Assembly (NCBI GenBank): GCA_044227095.1
Contig: JBGAFV010000001.1
Location: 1,625,127 to 1,689,126 of the forward strand
Source of the DNA: Chitinophagaceae bacterium
GTDB lineage: Bacteria; Bacteroidota; Bacteroidia; Chitinophagales; Chitinophagaceae
Direction: 5' to 3'
Length of the DNA: 64,000 nucleotides
The position numbers were made by a program, and so were the translations under genes. Below, piece by piece: positions 9,014 through 19,688 of this stretch. Position 1 is the stretch's first letter, and each line of letters opens with the position of its first letter. The notes below the pieces were generated by a model. The model searched no databases, was not told the origin of the DNA, and saw only the letters and a program-made list of their open reading frames with translations.

Positions 9014-10246
9014 CTATCTAATAAATGAAGCCGTCACTGTTTCGCCAGGTGTTGAAATTTTTACATGATAAATACCGTTGCTTAGTGGAGGGACAGTAAT
9101 ATACAGCATTGTTGTTCCTGCCGTAATTTTCTTAACTGTTTCGGTTACAACCATGCCCAGGTTGTTGAACAATTGTATGTGGGCATTTTGTGCATCTTTG
9201 TTTTCAAGTTCCAGTACAAGTTGTAGCGAAGAGCTTGTGTATGCTTTTAGCAGCGATAATTTTCCTGGATTATTATACAGCTTCATTACAGGCGATGGAT
9301 ATTTTTTTCCGTCTCTGTCTACAATTACAACTTTATAATAATCCCAGCCTTTTATGGGTTGATCGTCTGCGTATTGGTATTGCGTATTAGTTGTGCTGTT
9401 ATTGTTTGCAGGTATAGTTGCAATTTTCCAAAAACTTGCGCCATCTGTGCTGCGTTGAATTTCATAATTAACCACATCGGTTTCTTTGGCCACCAGCCAA
9501 CTGATAATATTCGCATCGTTTTTATAAACAGCATTGAATTGTAAAAAAGTAGCAGGCAATGCAGCAAGGAAAATATTCTTTGCCAATACCCGCTGGTACA
9601 TGGCATCATGCCCTGTTGCGTTCATGTGTATCTGGTCGCCTGAATCATATAATATAGAACTGTCTGCAGGATTAATAAGGCCGGTGTAAAAATCAAGCGC
9701 AAAACTTCCAAATTCCAATAATACACTGTCTTTTATTTCTGCAAGCTTCTTTTTTATTTCGGATGTATTAAAACTGGACGGACTTGTTCTTGGCTGACTT
9801 GTAGTTACAAAACATGGTACACCCTGTTTATTGGCAGAATCTCGCATGGTACGCAGGCAGTACATAATTTCTGGAACAGAAAGTACATCGTAAGCGTTGG
9901 TGGGATAATTTACAATAACTACATCGGGGTGAGCAGCTAAAGCAATGCTGATATTGGCGCCTGTATTGGGCTGGTACATAGGTTCGGGCCTTGGCGGAAC
10001 ATAGGTTGAAGGCATTCCATTATAGCAGTTGGCACCGCCGTAAGCAATGCTGCTAACCGTAGTATCGCCATTGCTATTTTTATCAAAAAAAGATCTTAGC
10101 CGGCCTACATAACATTCCGTAGTAGGATCTACATTATAGCAAGCAGAAGTGGAAGAACCAATAATAATTAATTTTTTTTGGGCGCAAACTGTAGTTGCGG
10201 AAGTAGCCAACGCTGTTAAAAACAGCAGGGCGATAGTGCATCTCAT
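9014..10246 (-). CDS. SGNH/GDSL-like hydrolase with T9SS C-terminal sorting domain
   Basis: Signal peptide. The C-terminal ~80 aa (IQLFNNLGMVV...GIYHVKISTPGETVTASFIR) matches Por secretion C-terminal domain. The N-terminal IIIGSSTS is a GDS-like motif. Confidence 0.65.
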   Translation of the reverse strand: MRCTIALLFLTALATSATTVCAQKKLIIIGSSTSACYNVDPTTECYVGRLRSFFDKNSNGDTTVSSIAYGGANCYNGMPSTYVPPRPEPMYQPNTGANISIALAAHPDVVIVNYPTNAYDVLSVPEIMYCLRTMRDSANKQGVPCFVTTSQPRTSPSSFNTSEIKKKLAEIKDSVLLEFGSFALDFYTGLINPADSSILYDSGDQIHMNATGHDAMYQRVLAKNIFLAALPATFLQFNAVYKNDANIISWLVAKETDVVNYEIQRSTDGASFWKIATIPANNNSTTNTQYQYADDQPIKGWDYYKVVIVDRDGKKYPSPVMKLYNNPGKLSLLKAYTSSSLQLVLELENKDAQNAHIQLFNNLGMVVTETVKKITAGTTMLYITVPPLSNGIYHVKISTPGETVTASFIR

Positions 10247-10442
10247 AAAAGGTGTTTTGGCGGTAAAAGCGAAACTTTACAAAGGGAAGGCGATCGATCA
10301 GTAATGGGTGAGGTTAGGCAAATATAACCCAAAGACCGGGCGGCCATGGTTAACCCATTATGATTTTTTTTAAAAAAGGGCCAGAAATATTTTTAAATCC
10401 GGGAAGGAAGGTATATTTTTATATAGTTGTTTATCTAACTAT

Positions 10443-10883
10443 ATGTCAAACAACCATTTTAAAAAAGGAGAACTATACAGTTTTATTACTGGCAAAGCTT
10501 CCACAGCTATTGCACGTCGGCTGCAGAAGAAATTCAATACAGCAGGCCTCAGTATTACCATAGAACAATGGAGTGTGCTCTATCATTTGTGGAAGGAAGA
10601 CGGTAAAAGTCAGCAGGAACTTTGCAATTATACCTTTAGGGATAAGCCGAGTATTACCAGGCTGGTAGATAATCTTGAAAAATTGAACCTCGTAAAAAGA
10701 GTGTCATCCAAAGAAGACAGGCGCATTAACAGGATATACCTTACGCCAGAAGCACTTACCCTGCAGGAGCAAACGATGGGCCTTGCCGAAGAAACTTTAA
10801 ACGAAGCGCTTCAGCTTGTGCCGCCCGACCAAATAGAAGTATGCAAAGCTGTTTTACAAATTGTGTACGATAACCTTAAATAA
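10443..10883 (+). CDS. MarR-family transcriptional regulator
   Basis: Winged HTH IEQWSVLYHLWKEDGKSQQELCNYTFRDKPSITRLVDNLEKLNLVKR. Confidence 0.8.
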   Translation: MSNNHFKKGELYSFITGKASTAIARRLQKKFNTAGLSITIEQWSVLYHLWKEDGKSQQELCNYTFRDKPSITRLVDNLEKLNLVKRVSSKEDRRINRIYLTPEALTLQEQTMGLAEETLNEALQLVPPDQIEVCKAVLQIVYDNLK

Positions 10884-10945
10884 AATTTCAGTTTACTAAC
10901 CTGTTCTATATAAAATAAAACCGTTCATTTTTTAAAACCATTTTT

Positions 10946-12739
10946 ATGGGTACCACAACACAGAAATCGAATGTATTAAAAGGTGGAGAATGGCTTGTAA
11001 AAGAAAGTACAGCTTTTGATGCCTTTATTCCGGAAGATTACAATGAAGAGCAACAAATGGTAAAAGACATGTGTGCAACATTTCTTGATACCGAAGTTTT
11101 GCCTGTTATTGATCGTATTGATAAACTGGAGCCTGGTTTAATGCCCGGTCTTGTGCAAAAAGCAGGAGAGCAGGGTTTGCTGGGCGTTTCAATTCCGGAA
11201 AGCCTGGGCGGCCTGGGTAAAGATTTTATTACATCCACTTTGGTGAATGAAGCATTGGGCGGAGGTTTTTCATTTTCTGTAGCCGTTGCTGCACATACGG
11301 GCATTGGCACATTGCCTATTCTATATTTTGGTACCGAAGCACAGAAACAAAAATATGTAACAAAGCTTGCTACCGGAGAATGGAAGGGTGCTTATGGTTT
11401 AACAGAACCAAACAGCGGAAGCGATGCGCTGGGTGCAAAAACAACAGCAAAGCTAAGTGCCGATGGCAAGCATTATATTTTGAATGGACAGAAATGCTGG
11501 ATTACCAATGGCGGTTTTGCAGATGTCTACACCGTATTTGCGAAAATAGATGGCGATAAATTTTCTGCGTTTATTGTTGAACGTGGGTTTGAAGGTTTTA
11601 CACAAGGCCCCGAAGAACATAAAATGGGTATTAAAGGATCTTCTACTGTTCAATTGTATTTCCAGGATTGTAAAGTACCTGTTGAAAATTTATTGGGCGA
11701 AGCAGGAAAGGGTCATATAATTGCATTTAACATCCTCAATATTGGCCGTTTAAAATTATGTGCTGCTGCTATGGGTGGTGCAAAAAGGGCCGGCACTACT
11801 TCAATTGAATATGCAAATACCAGGGAACAGTTTAAAACACCAATTGCAAATTTTGGCGCTATTAAAAGTAAAGTGGCTGATATTGGTATAAAAATATGGA
11901 TTGCCGAAACTGCATTGTACCGTACTGCAAAATGGATTGATGACAAAGAGCACGAACTGATGGAAGCTGGCAAACCATTTAACGAAGCATTGCTTGGTGC
12001 TGCAGAAGAATATGCTATTGAATGTGCAATGCTGAAGGTATTTGGCAGCGAAGTATTGGATTTTGTAGTGGATGAAGGTGTACAGATACACGGTGGTAAT
12101 GGTTTTAGCGATGAATATATTATTTCCAAAGCTTACCGCGATAGCCGCATCAACCGCATTTACGAAGGCACTAATGAAATTAACAGGCTGCTTACTGTAG
12201 ACATGGTTTTAAAACGTGCTATGAAGGGAAGACTTGACCTGATGGGTGCTGCTATGAGTGTACAAAAAGAACTAATGGCTATACCAGATTTTGGCAGTGG
12301 CGATGACGCAGCTTTTGCAAAAGAAAAGAAAGCTATTGCAGGATTTAAGAAAGCCATTTTAATGACTGCCGGTGCTGCCGTACAAAAATTAATGGCAAAG
12401 ATTGAAGGTGAGCAGGAAATACTGATGCACATTGCAGATATGGCTATAGAAACATTTAATGCAGAAAGCGCTTTATTGCGTGCAATGAAACTTACCGATC
12501 AGCGTGGCGAAGCAGCCTGCCAGTTTGAACTGGATATAACAAGAACTTATATCTACGATGCAGCTGATAAAATAAATAAGTACGGAAAAGATGCTATCAA
12601 TTCTTTTGCAGAAGGCGATGAACAACGCATGATGCTGCTGGGATTGAAACGTTTTACAAAAGTGGATGCATTTAATACTAAAGAAGCAAGAAGAAGAATT
12701 GCAGCAAAACTTTTAGGCGATAATAAATACCCGTTGTAG
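10946..12739 (+). CDS. acyl-CoA dehydrogenase family protein (long, ~600 aa form)
   Basis: YGLTEPNSGSDA, CWITNGGFADVYTVFA and QIHGGNGFSDEY are ACAD catalytic motifs. There is also a C-terminal extension domain. Confidence 0.85.
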   Translation: MGTTTQKSNVLKGGEWLVKESTAFDAFIPEDYNEEQQMVKDMCATFLDTEVLPVIDRIDKLEPGLMPGLVQKAGEQGLLGVSIPESLGGLGKDFITSTLVNEALGGGFSFSVAVAAHTGIGTLPILYFGTEAQKQKYVTKLATGEWKGAYGLTEPNSGSDALGAKTTAKLSADGKHYILNGQKCWITNGGFADVYTVFAKIDGDKFSAFIVERGFEGFTQGPEEHKMGIKGSSTVQLYFQDCKVPVENLLGEAGKGHIIAFNILNIGRLKLCAAAMGGAKRAGTTSIEYANTREQFKTPIANFGAIKSKVADIGIKIWIAETALYRTAKWIDDKEHELMEAGKPFNEALLGAAEEYAIECAMLKVFGSEVLDFVVDEGVQIHGGNGFSDEYIISKAYRDSRINRIYEGTNEINRLLTVDMVLKRAMKGRLDLMGAAMSVQKELMAIPDFGSGDDAAFAKEKKAIAGFKKAILMTAGAAVQKLMAKIEGEQEILMHIADMAIETFNAESALLRAMKLTDQRGEAACQFELDITRTYIYDAADKINKYGKDAINSFAEGDEQRMMLLGLKRFTKVDAFNTKEARRRIAAKLLGDNKYPL

Positions 12740-12770
12740 TTATATTTCGCTTTCGCGAATAATAATATTT

Positions 12771-12852
12771 GAACGCAGATTTTTATGATGGTTAAGATGA
12801 TTATGGTTCATGTATCATAATCTTTTGGAAACAGTCATAATTATCTGCGTTC
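12771..12852. repeat. MITE-like element with terminal inverted repeats GAACGCAGATTTTTATGAT / ATCATAA(TT)ATCTGCGTTC
   Basis: The ends are reverse complements of each other, and related copies occur at 1258, 24803, 37231/37427, 51577 and 61500. Confidence 0.5.
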
Positions 12853-13039
12853 TTTTTTTATGGATGGATGGGCTGCAGATTCGCAGATTAATTTGTAACC
12901 ATCTCATAAACATATTTATGATAATCAGCGTCCATTAACCTACTTTTTTAACACATAGGCGCAGTAGTAACAATAGAAACATAATAGTTGTAAGCCTATT
13001 TGAAACTATGTTTCTATGGTGCTATGTAGTAAATATTGC

Positions 13040-13201
13040 CTGAACCAGGATTTATGGGATTAATGGATTCTTAGGATGCTATTGAAAACTCCTTAAACGC
13101 TGTAAAAAACTCACACAACTCTGTGGTAAAAGAAATAATCTATGCATCTGCGGCTAAAGTATATCATAAGCTATCATCATACTCATAAAAATCAGTGTTC
13201 C
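13040..13201. repeat. composite intergenic repeat (modules shared with 24803-24925 and 51577-52010)
   Basis: Contains AAAACTCCTTAAACGCTGTAAAAAACTCACACAACTCTGTGGTAAA, AATCTATGCATCTGCGGCTAA and ATCATAAAAATCAGTGTTCC modules. Confidence 0.5.
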
Positions 13202-13258
13202 ACTTTTTTATCAACGCATCTGCTGCCAAAGATTATTTTTTCTTTTACCTTCATTGCA

Positions 13259-14433
13259 TGAAGCCTATTCTTAATTGTATAGCATTGTTATTGTGCATTC
13301 ACGTGGTTGCGCAAGATACCAGCCATAAATATTTTCTTGCAAAAACCACGGGCATGTTTCCCTTTCTTGAATATGGTTTGGGTGATGACAGGCTTGGTGG
13401 CGCAAAAATGACCTATCTCGATTCAAACATTATTGTAAAAGTTGTTGACTCATTTGGCATCGATTACAAAATTCAGCTTTCTAAATACCATACTGCCTAT
13501 ATAGATAAACAAAGTGTACAACGCTTACCAGGAAAAAAACCGCCTCCCTATTATCTTACCGGTAGCTGGAAAGTTTTTGGAGATGACAAGTGCGATTATG
13601 TAACCATTAACCTCGATGAAAAACTTCCTTACCGCAGCATACAACAAATCAATCCATCAAAAATTGTGGTAGATATTTTTGGCGCCACAAGCAATACCAA
13701 TTGGATTACACAATTGAAAACCACTAAAGAGATAAAAAATGTTTTTTATGAACAAACAGAAGATGATGTCTTTAGGGTTACAATTGAGCTGAAACACACG
13801 CAGCACTGGGGCCATAGTTTGTATTACGATACCGTAGGAAAAAAACTTGTAGTACAGGTGAAAAGGCAGCCAGCAGTTATGGACGTAAAAAAAATGAGAA
13901 TAGCTATAGACGCCGGGCATGGCGGTGATAACAGCGGCGCTTCGGGTGTAACATCAAACATTCTTGAAAAAGAGTACACTTTAAAAATTGCAAAGCAATT
14001 GCAACAGGTATTAAACAAAGCCGGAGTGAAAAATATATTTATGACGAGAACAAAAGATACCACACTGGATATGCCGCAAAGGTTGCAAATGCTAAAAGAG
14101 TATAACCCGGATTTTCTCATCAGCATTCATTTAAATTCTGCAGGCATAGACACTGTAAAAGGCACAAGTACCTATTACCGGTATATTGGGTATAAACCTT
14201 TAACAGTTGCTGTGCTAAACCAGATGCTAACCCTTGGTTTAAAGGAATATGGAAATGTGGGTAATTTTAATTTCTCTCTTAATGGGCCAACGGCTTATCC
14301 CAATTGCCTGGTAGAAGTGGCATTTTTAAGCAATAAAGACGATGAGAAAAAAATATTAGATCCAAAATTTCATAAAGCTGTGGCCGGAAAAATATATCTT
14401 GGCATTCAGGATTGGTTAAAAGCGATTAAGTAA
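13259..14433 (+). CDS. N-acetylmuramoyl-L-alanine amidase (Amidase_3 family) with N-terminal domain
   Basis: IAIDAGHGGDNSGASG...TRTKDTTLDMPQR...FLISIHLNS are zinc-amidase motifs. The signal-peptide start is at MKPILNCIALLL. Confidence 0.8.
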
Positions 14434-14450
14434 TTTTTAAAAAACAAAGC

Positions 14451-14753
14451 ATGTTTATACACCACGTTTATTTTTGGTTAAAAAACCCCGATTCGCAGGA
14501 AGATGCAAAAAAATTAAAAGAAGGATTGCAAAAACTTACTGTTATTGAAACCATTGGCATGTACCAGATAGGAACGCCAGCAGCTACCAATCGTGATGTT
14601 ATTGACAGATCTTATGCTGTATCATGGATGCTGATGTTTGATAACCTGGAAGATGAGGAAGTATACCAGCATCACCCATTGCATTTAAAGTTTGTTGAAG
14701 AATGTTCTCACCTGTGGACCAAAGTAATTGTTTACGATTCTGTAGACGAATAA
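14451..14753 (+). CDS. Dabb (stress-responsive dimeric alpha/beta-barrel) family protein
   Basis: HHVYFWLKN...ATNRDVIDRSY...HLKFVEECSHLWTKVIVYD. It is a paralogue of the gene at 15212. Confidence 0.7.
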   Translation: MFIHHVYFWLKNPDSQEDAKKLKEGLQKLTVIETIGMYQIGTPAATNRDVIDRSYAVSWMLMFDNLEDEEVYQHHPLHLKFVEECSHLWTKVIVYDSVDE

Positions 14754-14777
14754 TCATTGCTGTAGCATAAGAATATT

Positions 14778-15188
14778 ATGAAAGGTTATTTGCTGAAAGA
14801 ACAATTATTTACAGCAGGGGAAGAAACTTTTATTGAAAGCGGTTCTTCAGAAAATAATTATGCAGTAGTATTTGAAGATGATACAGAAACTGGTTATTTC
14901 TATGCTATTGAATTGAATAAAGAAACCGGTGAACAAAAAATACTCGATGCTGTTCATATTTACGAAGTAGAGGAGATTGAAGAAAGTAAACGGCCGGGGA
15001 TTATCAATATAATTTGGTCTGAAGACTGGCTAAAGTGCGGGTTGCTTGTAAATAAATATTGCTGCGCTGTTTTCGATTTTGAAAACCAGGGCGGCTATTG
15101 CCGAAATGAATTTCCTCCGCCAAACGATATCTGGACAAAAGGGCAACGAACGCTTACCGATGAAATGGTAACAAAATTCTTTACATAA
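14778..15188 (+). CDS. hypothetical protein (DUF2251-like)
   Basis: 136 aa, acidic, with no TM segments. It is flanked by the two Dabb paralogues. Confidence 0.45.
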   Translation: MKGYLLKEQLFTAGEETFIESGSSENNYAVVFEDDTETGYFYAIELNKETGEQKILDAVHIYEVEEIEESKRPGIINIIWSEDWLKCGLLVNKYCCAVFDFENQGGYCRNEFPPPNDIWTKGQRTLTDEMVTKFFT

Positions 15189-15211
15189 ACTTACCCTCAA
15201 ATTATTCTGCT

Positions 15212-15628
15212 ATGTCAAAACAATCACGCCGCAGTTTTATTACAAATGCTGGTAAAGCAGCTGTTGTTACAACGCTTGCAGCAATGCCTGCTGCGGCTAT
15301 TAATGCAGCATCTCCGGAAAAAAGATTATTTATCCATCATGTTTATTTCTGGCTAAAAAATCATGATAGCAAAGAAGACAAGGATAAGCTGGTTGCCGGC
15401 TTAAGAAAATTATCAACTGTTAAAACCATTCAGCAGTTTCATATTGGTGAGCCCGCCGCTACCAATCGTGATGTGATTGACAGATCTTACAATATATCAT
15501 GGTGCTTGTTTTTTAAAAACAAAGCGGACCAGGATAGTTATCAAACTGATCCTATTCACCTGAACTTTGTAAAAGAATGTTCTGATTTGTGGACGAAAGT
15601 AATTGTATATGATGCGGAGGACATTTAG
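15212..15628 (+). CDS. Dabb-family protein with twin-arginine (Tat) signal peptide
   Basis: N-terminus SRRSFITNAGKAAVVTTLAAMPAAAINAA is a Tat motif. The mature part is ~55% identical by eye to the 14451 product. Confidence 0.7.
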   Translation: MSKQSRRSFITNAGKAAVVTTLAAMPAAAINAASPEKRLFIHHVYFWLKNHDSKEDKDKLVAGLRKLSTVKTIQQFHIGEPAATNRDVIDRSYNISWCLFFKNKADQDSYQTDPIHLNFVKECSDLWTKVIVYDAEDI

Positions 15629-15703
15629 TAATTAGTTGATCTGTTTATTAGTTGCTTAATTAATTGGCCGGGAAACCAATAAACTGATCAACAAATCAAT
15701 TAT

Positions 15704-16435
15704 TTAACTAAGCAAAGCCGCTGCTGCTTCATCTACAAACCAATGCAGCTCTCCTGGTATTGGTTTTATTACCTGCGATGGGTATACATCAGGCTTGTAA
15801 TCTCCTTCAATTACCTGTTGCAATGCAGGCGCTTTGCCCGCACCTGTAGCAAGAAATGCAACACAGGATGCTTTATTTACAATAGGCGCAGTTAATGTAA
15901 CGCGGTACATATTCTGCTGTTTTAAAAATAATGATGTTGTAAGTGTATCTTCAATATGCATGGCATGCGTGCCAGGGAATAATGATAGTGTATGCCCATC
16001 ATCGCCCATACCAAGCAATACAAGATCAAAAGTAGGAGCGGGTGGAACTGCAGGAGGAAAATAAGCTTCTAATATTTTTTCATATTCCAGTGCGGATGCT
16101 TCCGGTGTAATGTCTGTTCTCATACGGTGTATTTGCGTAGCAGGAACAGGAACGTGATCAAGTAGTGTATCAAACGCCATTTTTGCATTGTTACGCTCAT
16201 CAGTATAAGGAACAAAGCGTTCGTCGCCCCAGAAAATATGCAACTTGCTCCAGTCAATTTTCTCTTTATAGGGCGATGTTGCCAGCAATGTATTTAATTT
16301 TTGAGGTGTGCCGCCACCAGATAAAACAAGTGTAAAACGATTTTTCTTTTTTAAAGTAGCAGCAATATAGTCAACCATCCATTCTGCCACTGCAACACTT
16401 AGTTCATCGTTATTCTTATAAATATGCAATTCCAT
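15704..16435 (-). CDS. pgl: 6-phosphogluconolactonase
   Basis: FTLVLSGGGTPQ...IFWGDERFVP...LLGMGDDGHTLSLFPG. Confidence 0.85.
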   Translation of the reverse strand: MELHIYKNNDELSVAVAEWMVDYIAATLKKKNRFTLVLSGGGTPQKLNTLLATSPYKEKIDWSKLHIFWGDERFVPYTDERNNAKMAFDTLLDHVPVPATQIHRMRTDITPEASALEYEKILEAYFPPAVPPAPTFDLVLLGMGDDGHTLSLFPGTHAMHIEDTLTTSLFLKQQNMYRVTLTAPIVNKASCVAFLATGAGKAPALQQVIEGDYKPDVYPSQVIKPIPGELHWFVDEAAAALLS

Positions 16436-16450
16436 ATTTTGTTGTAATTA

Positions 16451-17959
16451 TTATTTTGATGAAGAAAGTGTAATCCAGTTGTGGCCATCTTTTGCTATTA
16501 ATGCTTCAGCATCTTCTGGTCCCCAACTGTCTGGCGCATAGTTTGGAAAATCTATAGCAGCACGGTTTTGCCAGGATTCAAGAATTGGCATTACAATCTT
16601 CCATGCAGCTTCTACCTGGTCTGCACGCATAAACAATGTAGCATTTCCTTCCATCACATCTAGCAGCAATGTTTCATAAGCTTCGGGTTCTTGCCCTTCG
16701 TAAGAGTCTTTATAACTGAAAGCCATATCAACGGGATCGAGTATCAACGATTGACCGGGCTGTTTAGATTGAAAACGCAAGCGTATGTCCATTTCCGGTT
16801 GAATGCTTATTGTAAGCCGGTTAGAACGCCATGTTTCTGCTGCTTCCGGAGGAAATGCATAATTAGGCGCAGCTTTAAACTGAACAGTAATAGTGGTTGC
16901 TTTTTCATGCATGCGTTTGCCGGTGCGTACATAAAACGGCACATCCTGCCAGCGCCAGTTATCAATATAAAATTTTACTGCAGCAAACGTATCGTTTGAT
17001 GATGCAGGCGCTACATTTTTTTCTTTGCGGTATTCATTTACTTTTTCGCCTTTCATCCATCCGTCAGCGTATTGACCCCTTACTGCATATTGCGGTACCT
17101 GCTCAGGTGTTATTTTGCGGATGGCATGCAGCACATCAACTTTTTTATTTCTTATTTCATTGGCATCAAACGATACCGGAGCTTCCATAGCAACCATACA
17201 CATCAATTGCAAAATATGGTTCTGCACCATATCACGCAAAGCGCCGGAAGTTTCATAATAAGCACCCCGGCCTTCCATGCCAACAGTTTCTGATGCGGTT
17301 ATCTGCACATGCTCTATATAATTCCTGTTCCAGATAGGTTCAAACAATGCATTGGCAAAACGCAATGCAAGAATATTTTGAACAGTTTCTTTTCCAAGGT
17401 AATGATCTATGCGGTAGATCTGCTGCTCATCAAACATACTTGCCAGCAATGCATTCAGTTCATGTGCACTCTTAAGATCATGGCCAAATGGTTTTTCTAC
17501 AACAACCCTGGTACATTTTGTATCTGCACAAATGTTTAATGGGCCAAGCTTTTTAAGAATATCGGGCACTAGCCAGGGCGCAACCGCCATATAAAAAATT
17601 ACATTGGGATGCTCTCCGTATTCCTGTTCTTTTGCTTTAACTACCTCTGCAATTTTCTGGTATTCTTCTTCTTTTTCTGCATCCATTTGCAGGTAATGAA
17701 CATGCTTTTTAAACTCATCCCACTTGCCATTTTGTTCACCTTTTCTCCTGCTGAATTGTTTAATGCCATCAAGCAAATGTTCGTGATAAGCTTCCCCTGC
17801 ATATTCTGTGCGGCCAATACCAACAATGTCGAATTTTTCCGGCATCCATTCGTCAATAAATAAATTGAAAAGTGCAGGAGATAATTTTCTGTAATTCAGA
17901 TCGCCGCTGCCACCAAAAATAAATAAGAGTGATGCTGGCGGCCTTTTATGATTTTGCAT
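16451..17959 (-). CDS. zwf: glucose-6-phosphate 1-dehydrogenase
   Basis: IFGGSGDLNYRKL...RIDHYLGKE...VVEKPFGHDL. The start was chosen at MQNHK (ATG rc 17959). Confidence 0.9.
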   Translation of the reverse strand: MQNHKRPPASLLFIFGGSGDLNYRKLSPALFNLFIDEWMPEKFDIVGIGRTEYAGEAYHEHLLDGIKQFSRRKGEQNGKWDEFKKHVHYLQMDAEKEEEYQKIAEVVKAKEQEYGEHPNVIFYMAVAPWLVPDILKKLGPLNICADTKCTRVVVEKPFGHDLKSAHELNALLASMFDEQQIYRIDHYLGKETVQNILALRFANALFEPIWNRNYIEHVQITASETVGMEGRGAYYETSGALRDMVQNHILQLMCMVAMEAPVSFDANEIRNKKVDVLHAIRKITPEQVPQYAVRGQYADGWMKGEKVNEYRKEKNVAPASSNDTFAAVKFYIDNWRWQDVPFYVRTGKRMHEKATTITVQFKAAPNYAFPPEAAETWRSNRLTISIQPEMDIRLRFQSKQPGQSLILDPVDMAFSYKDSYEGQEPEAYETLLLDVMEGNATLFMRADQVEAAWKIVMPILESWQNRAAIDFPNYAPDSWGPEDAEALIAKDGHNWITLSSSK

Positions 17960-18063
17960 GGTTGTAAGTCGTTTATGAAATAATTTTTTGATCGTCAGTC
18001 GTGAGTATAAATCAACGTCGTCGATCACTCACGTCTGACGACTCACGATTGACATCAGGAACC

Positions 18064-19476
18064 TCACGATCCCCATTCAGTATGAAACGTTCCTTCCATA
18101 TCTGTACGCTGATAAGTATGTGCACCAAAATAATCACGTTGCGCCTGTATCAGGTTTACCGGCATAATGGCGCTGGTGTATGCTTCAAAATAACTCAACG
18201 AACTCATTAAAGCACCCGCAGGTATCTTGCTTTGCAACGATAACTTAAGAGCAGCCCTGAGGTTTTTTTCTTTTTTCTTTACCAGCTTAGCAACAGATTT
18301 ATCTGCCAGAATGTTTGGTAACTGTTTGTTCTTTTTAAATGCTTTGTAAAAAGTTTCCAGCGATGCTGAGCGGATAATGCAACCGCCTCTCCATATTTTT
18401 ACCACATCCTGCAATGGTATTTGCATGTCAAGCTCTGTAGATGCAATGTGCAGCATAGCTAATCCCTGCGCATAACACATCAGCGTAGCAAAATAAAGTG
18501 CGTCGTGTGTTTGTTTTATAACTACTTTCTTTTTTGCTTTAATGGGTTTAACCGATGGTTTGTATACATCTGCAGCAACAAGCCGCTCTTCTTTAAAGGA
18601 AGAAATATTTCTCATGGCAACAGCCATATCTATAACAGGAATAGGGGCAGGTAAGTTCATTGCATCCTGCGATGTCCATTTGCCAGTGCCTTTGGAACCT
18701 GCTTTATCAAGAATCATATCAACCAGCCTCTTGCCGGTCTTATCGTCTTTCTGTTTAAAAATATCGGCAGTTATTTCAATTAGGAAAGATTGCATTTCGC
18801 CTTCATTCCATTCTTTAAAAACTTCGTGCAGTTCATCATTGTCTAATCCAAGGCCACGATGCAGTATATCATATGCTTCGCTGATGAGTTGCATAATTGC
18901 ATACTCAATACCGTTATGTACCATTTTTACATAATGACCGGCAGCGCCTTTGCCCATGTATGCCACGCATGGTTCATTATTTACTTTTGCTGAAACTGCT
19001 TCCAGCATTGGTTTTATATGCGGGTAAGCTTCTGCATCGCCGCCGGGCATAATGCTTGGGCCTTTGCGTGCGCCTTCTTCTCCTCCTGAAACACCCATGC
19101 CCGTAAAATGAATGTTTTTGCTTTGTAAATAACTAACACGACGCAGTGTATCTGTAAAATGAGAATTGCCGCCATCTATAATAATATCGCCGGGCTGCAC
19201 CAATGGCAATAAACTTTCTATTACATCATCTACTATTTTTCCTGCGGGAACCAGCATCATAATTTTTCTTGGTGTTTCCAGCAGATCAATCATTTCTTTT
19301 AAAGTGCTTACACCTTTAACTATAGTGCCTTTAGTGGCAGCAGCTTCCAATGCAGCAGACTTCTGGCTATCTTTATCAAACCCAATAACTTTATAACCAT
19401 GGTCGGCCATGTTCAGTAAAAAATTACGACCCATTACGCCGAGACCAATCATTCCAAACTGGTAAGTATTATCCAT
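18064..19476 (-). CDS. gnd: 6-phosphogluconate dehydrogenase (decarboxylating)
   Basis: MIGLGVMGRNFLLNMADHG...IIDGGNSHF...GMGVSGGEEGA. Confidence 0.9.
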   Translation of the reverse strand: MDNTYQFGMIGLGVMGRNFLLNMADHGYKVIGFDKDSQKSAALEAAATKGTIVKGVSTLKEMIDLLETPRKIMMLVPAGKIVDDVIESLLPLVQPGDIIIDGGNSHFTDTLRRVSYLQSKNIHFTGMGVSGGEEGARKGPSIMPGGDAEAYPHIKPMLEAVSAKVNNEPCVAYMGKGAAGHYVKMVHNGIEYAIMQLISEAYDILHRGLGLDNDELHEVFKEWNEGEMQSFLIEITADIFKQKDDKTGKRLVDMILDKAGSKGTGKWTSQDAMNLPAPIPVIDMAVAMRNISSFKEERLVAADVYKPSVKPIKAKKKVVIKQTHDALYFATLMCYAQGLAMLHIASTELDMQIPLQDVVKIWRGGCIIRSASLETFYKAFKKNKQLPNILADKSVAKLVKKKEKNLRAALKLSLQSKIPAGALMSSLSYFEAYTSAIMPVNLIQAQRDYFGAHTYQRTDMEGTFHTEWGS

Positions 19477-19688
19477 ATTGTAAATTGTTAAGGAGGCGTA
19501 AAATTAGGCAATATTTGATAGTCAATAGTCAGTAGTTAAATAGTCTATAGCCAGTATTCAATTGTTAACAGATAAATAATCGTAAAGCGATAGCCAGAAA
19601 TCAGTTTTGACTAAAGACTCACGGCTGTTGGCTACAGACTGCAGACTATCGACTTTTCTCTATTACTTTGCATTAATTCCAAAACATT

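Noticed and set aside
11713-12129. Antisense ORFs inside the acyl-CoA dehydrogenase gene (11713..12129, 11801..12091, 12160..12432, 11038..11310)
   Set aside because: They lie wholly within a confidently identified long CDS on the other strand, and their products are low-complexity with no motifs.
16451-18028. Long N-terminal extension of zwf (ORF start at 18028)
   Set aside because: The extension runs into the repeat-rich zwf-gnd intergenic region. The G6PD N-terminal NADP motif begins just after the internal MQNHK start at 17959.
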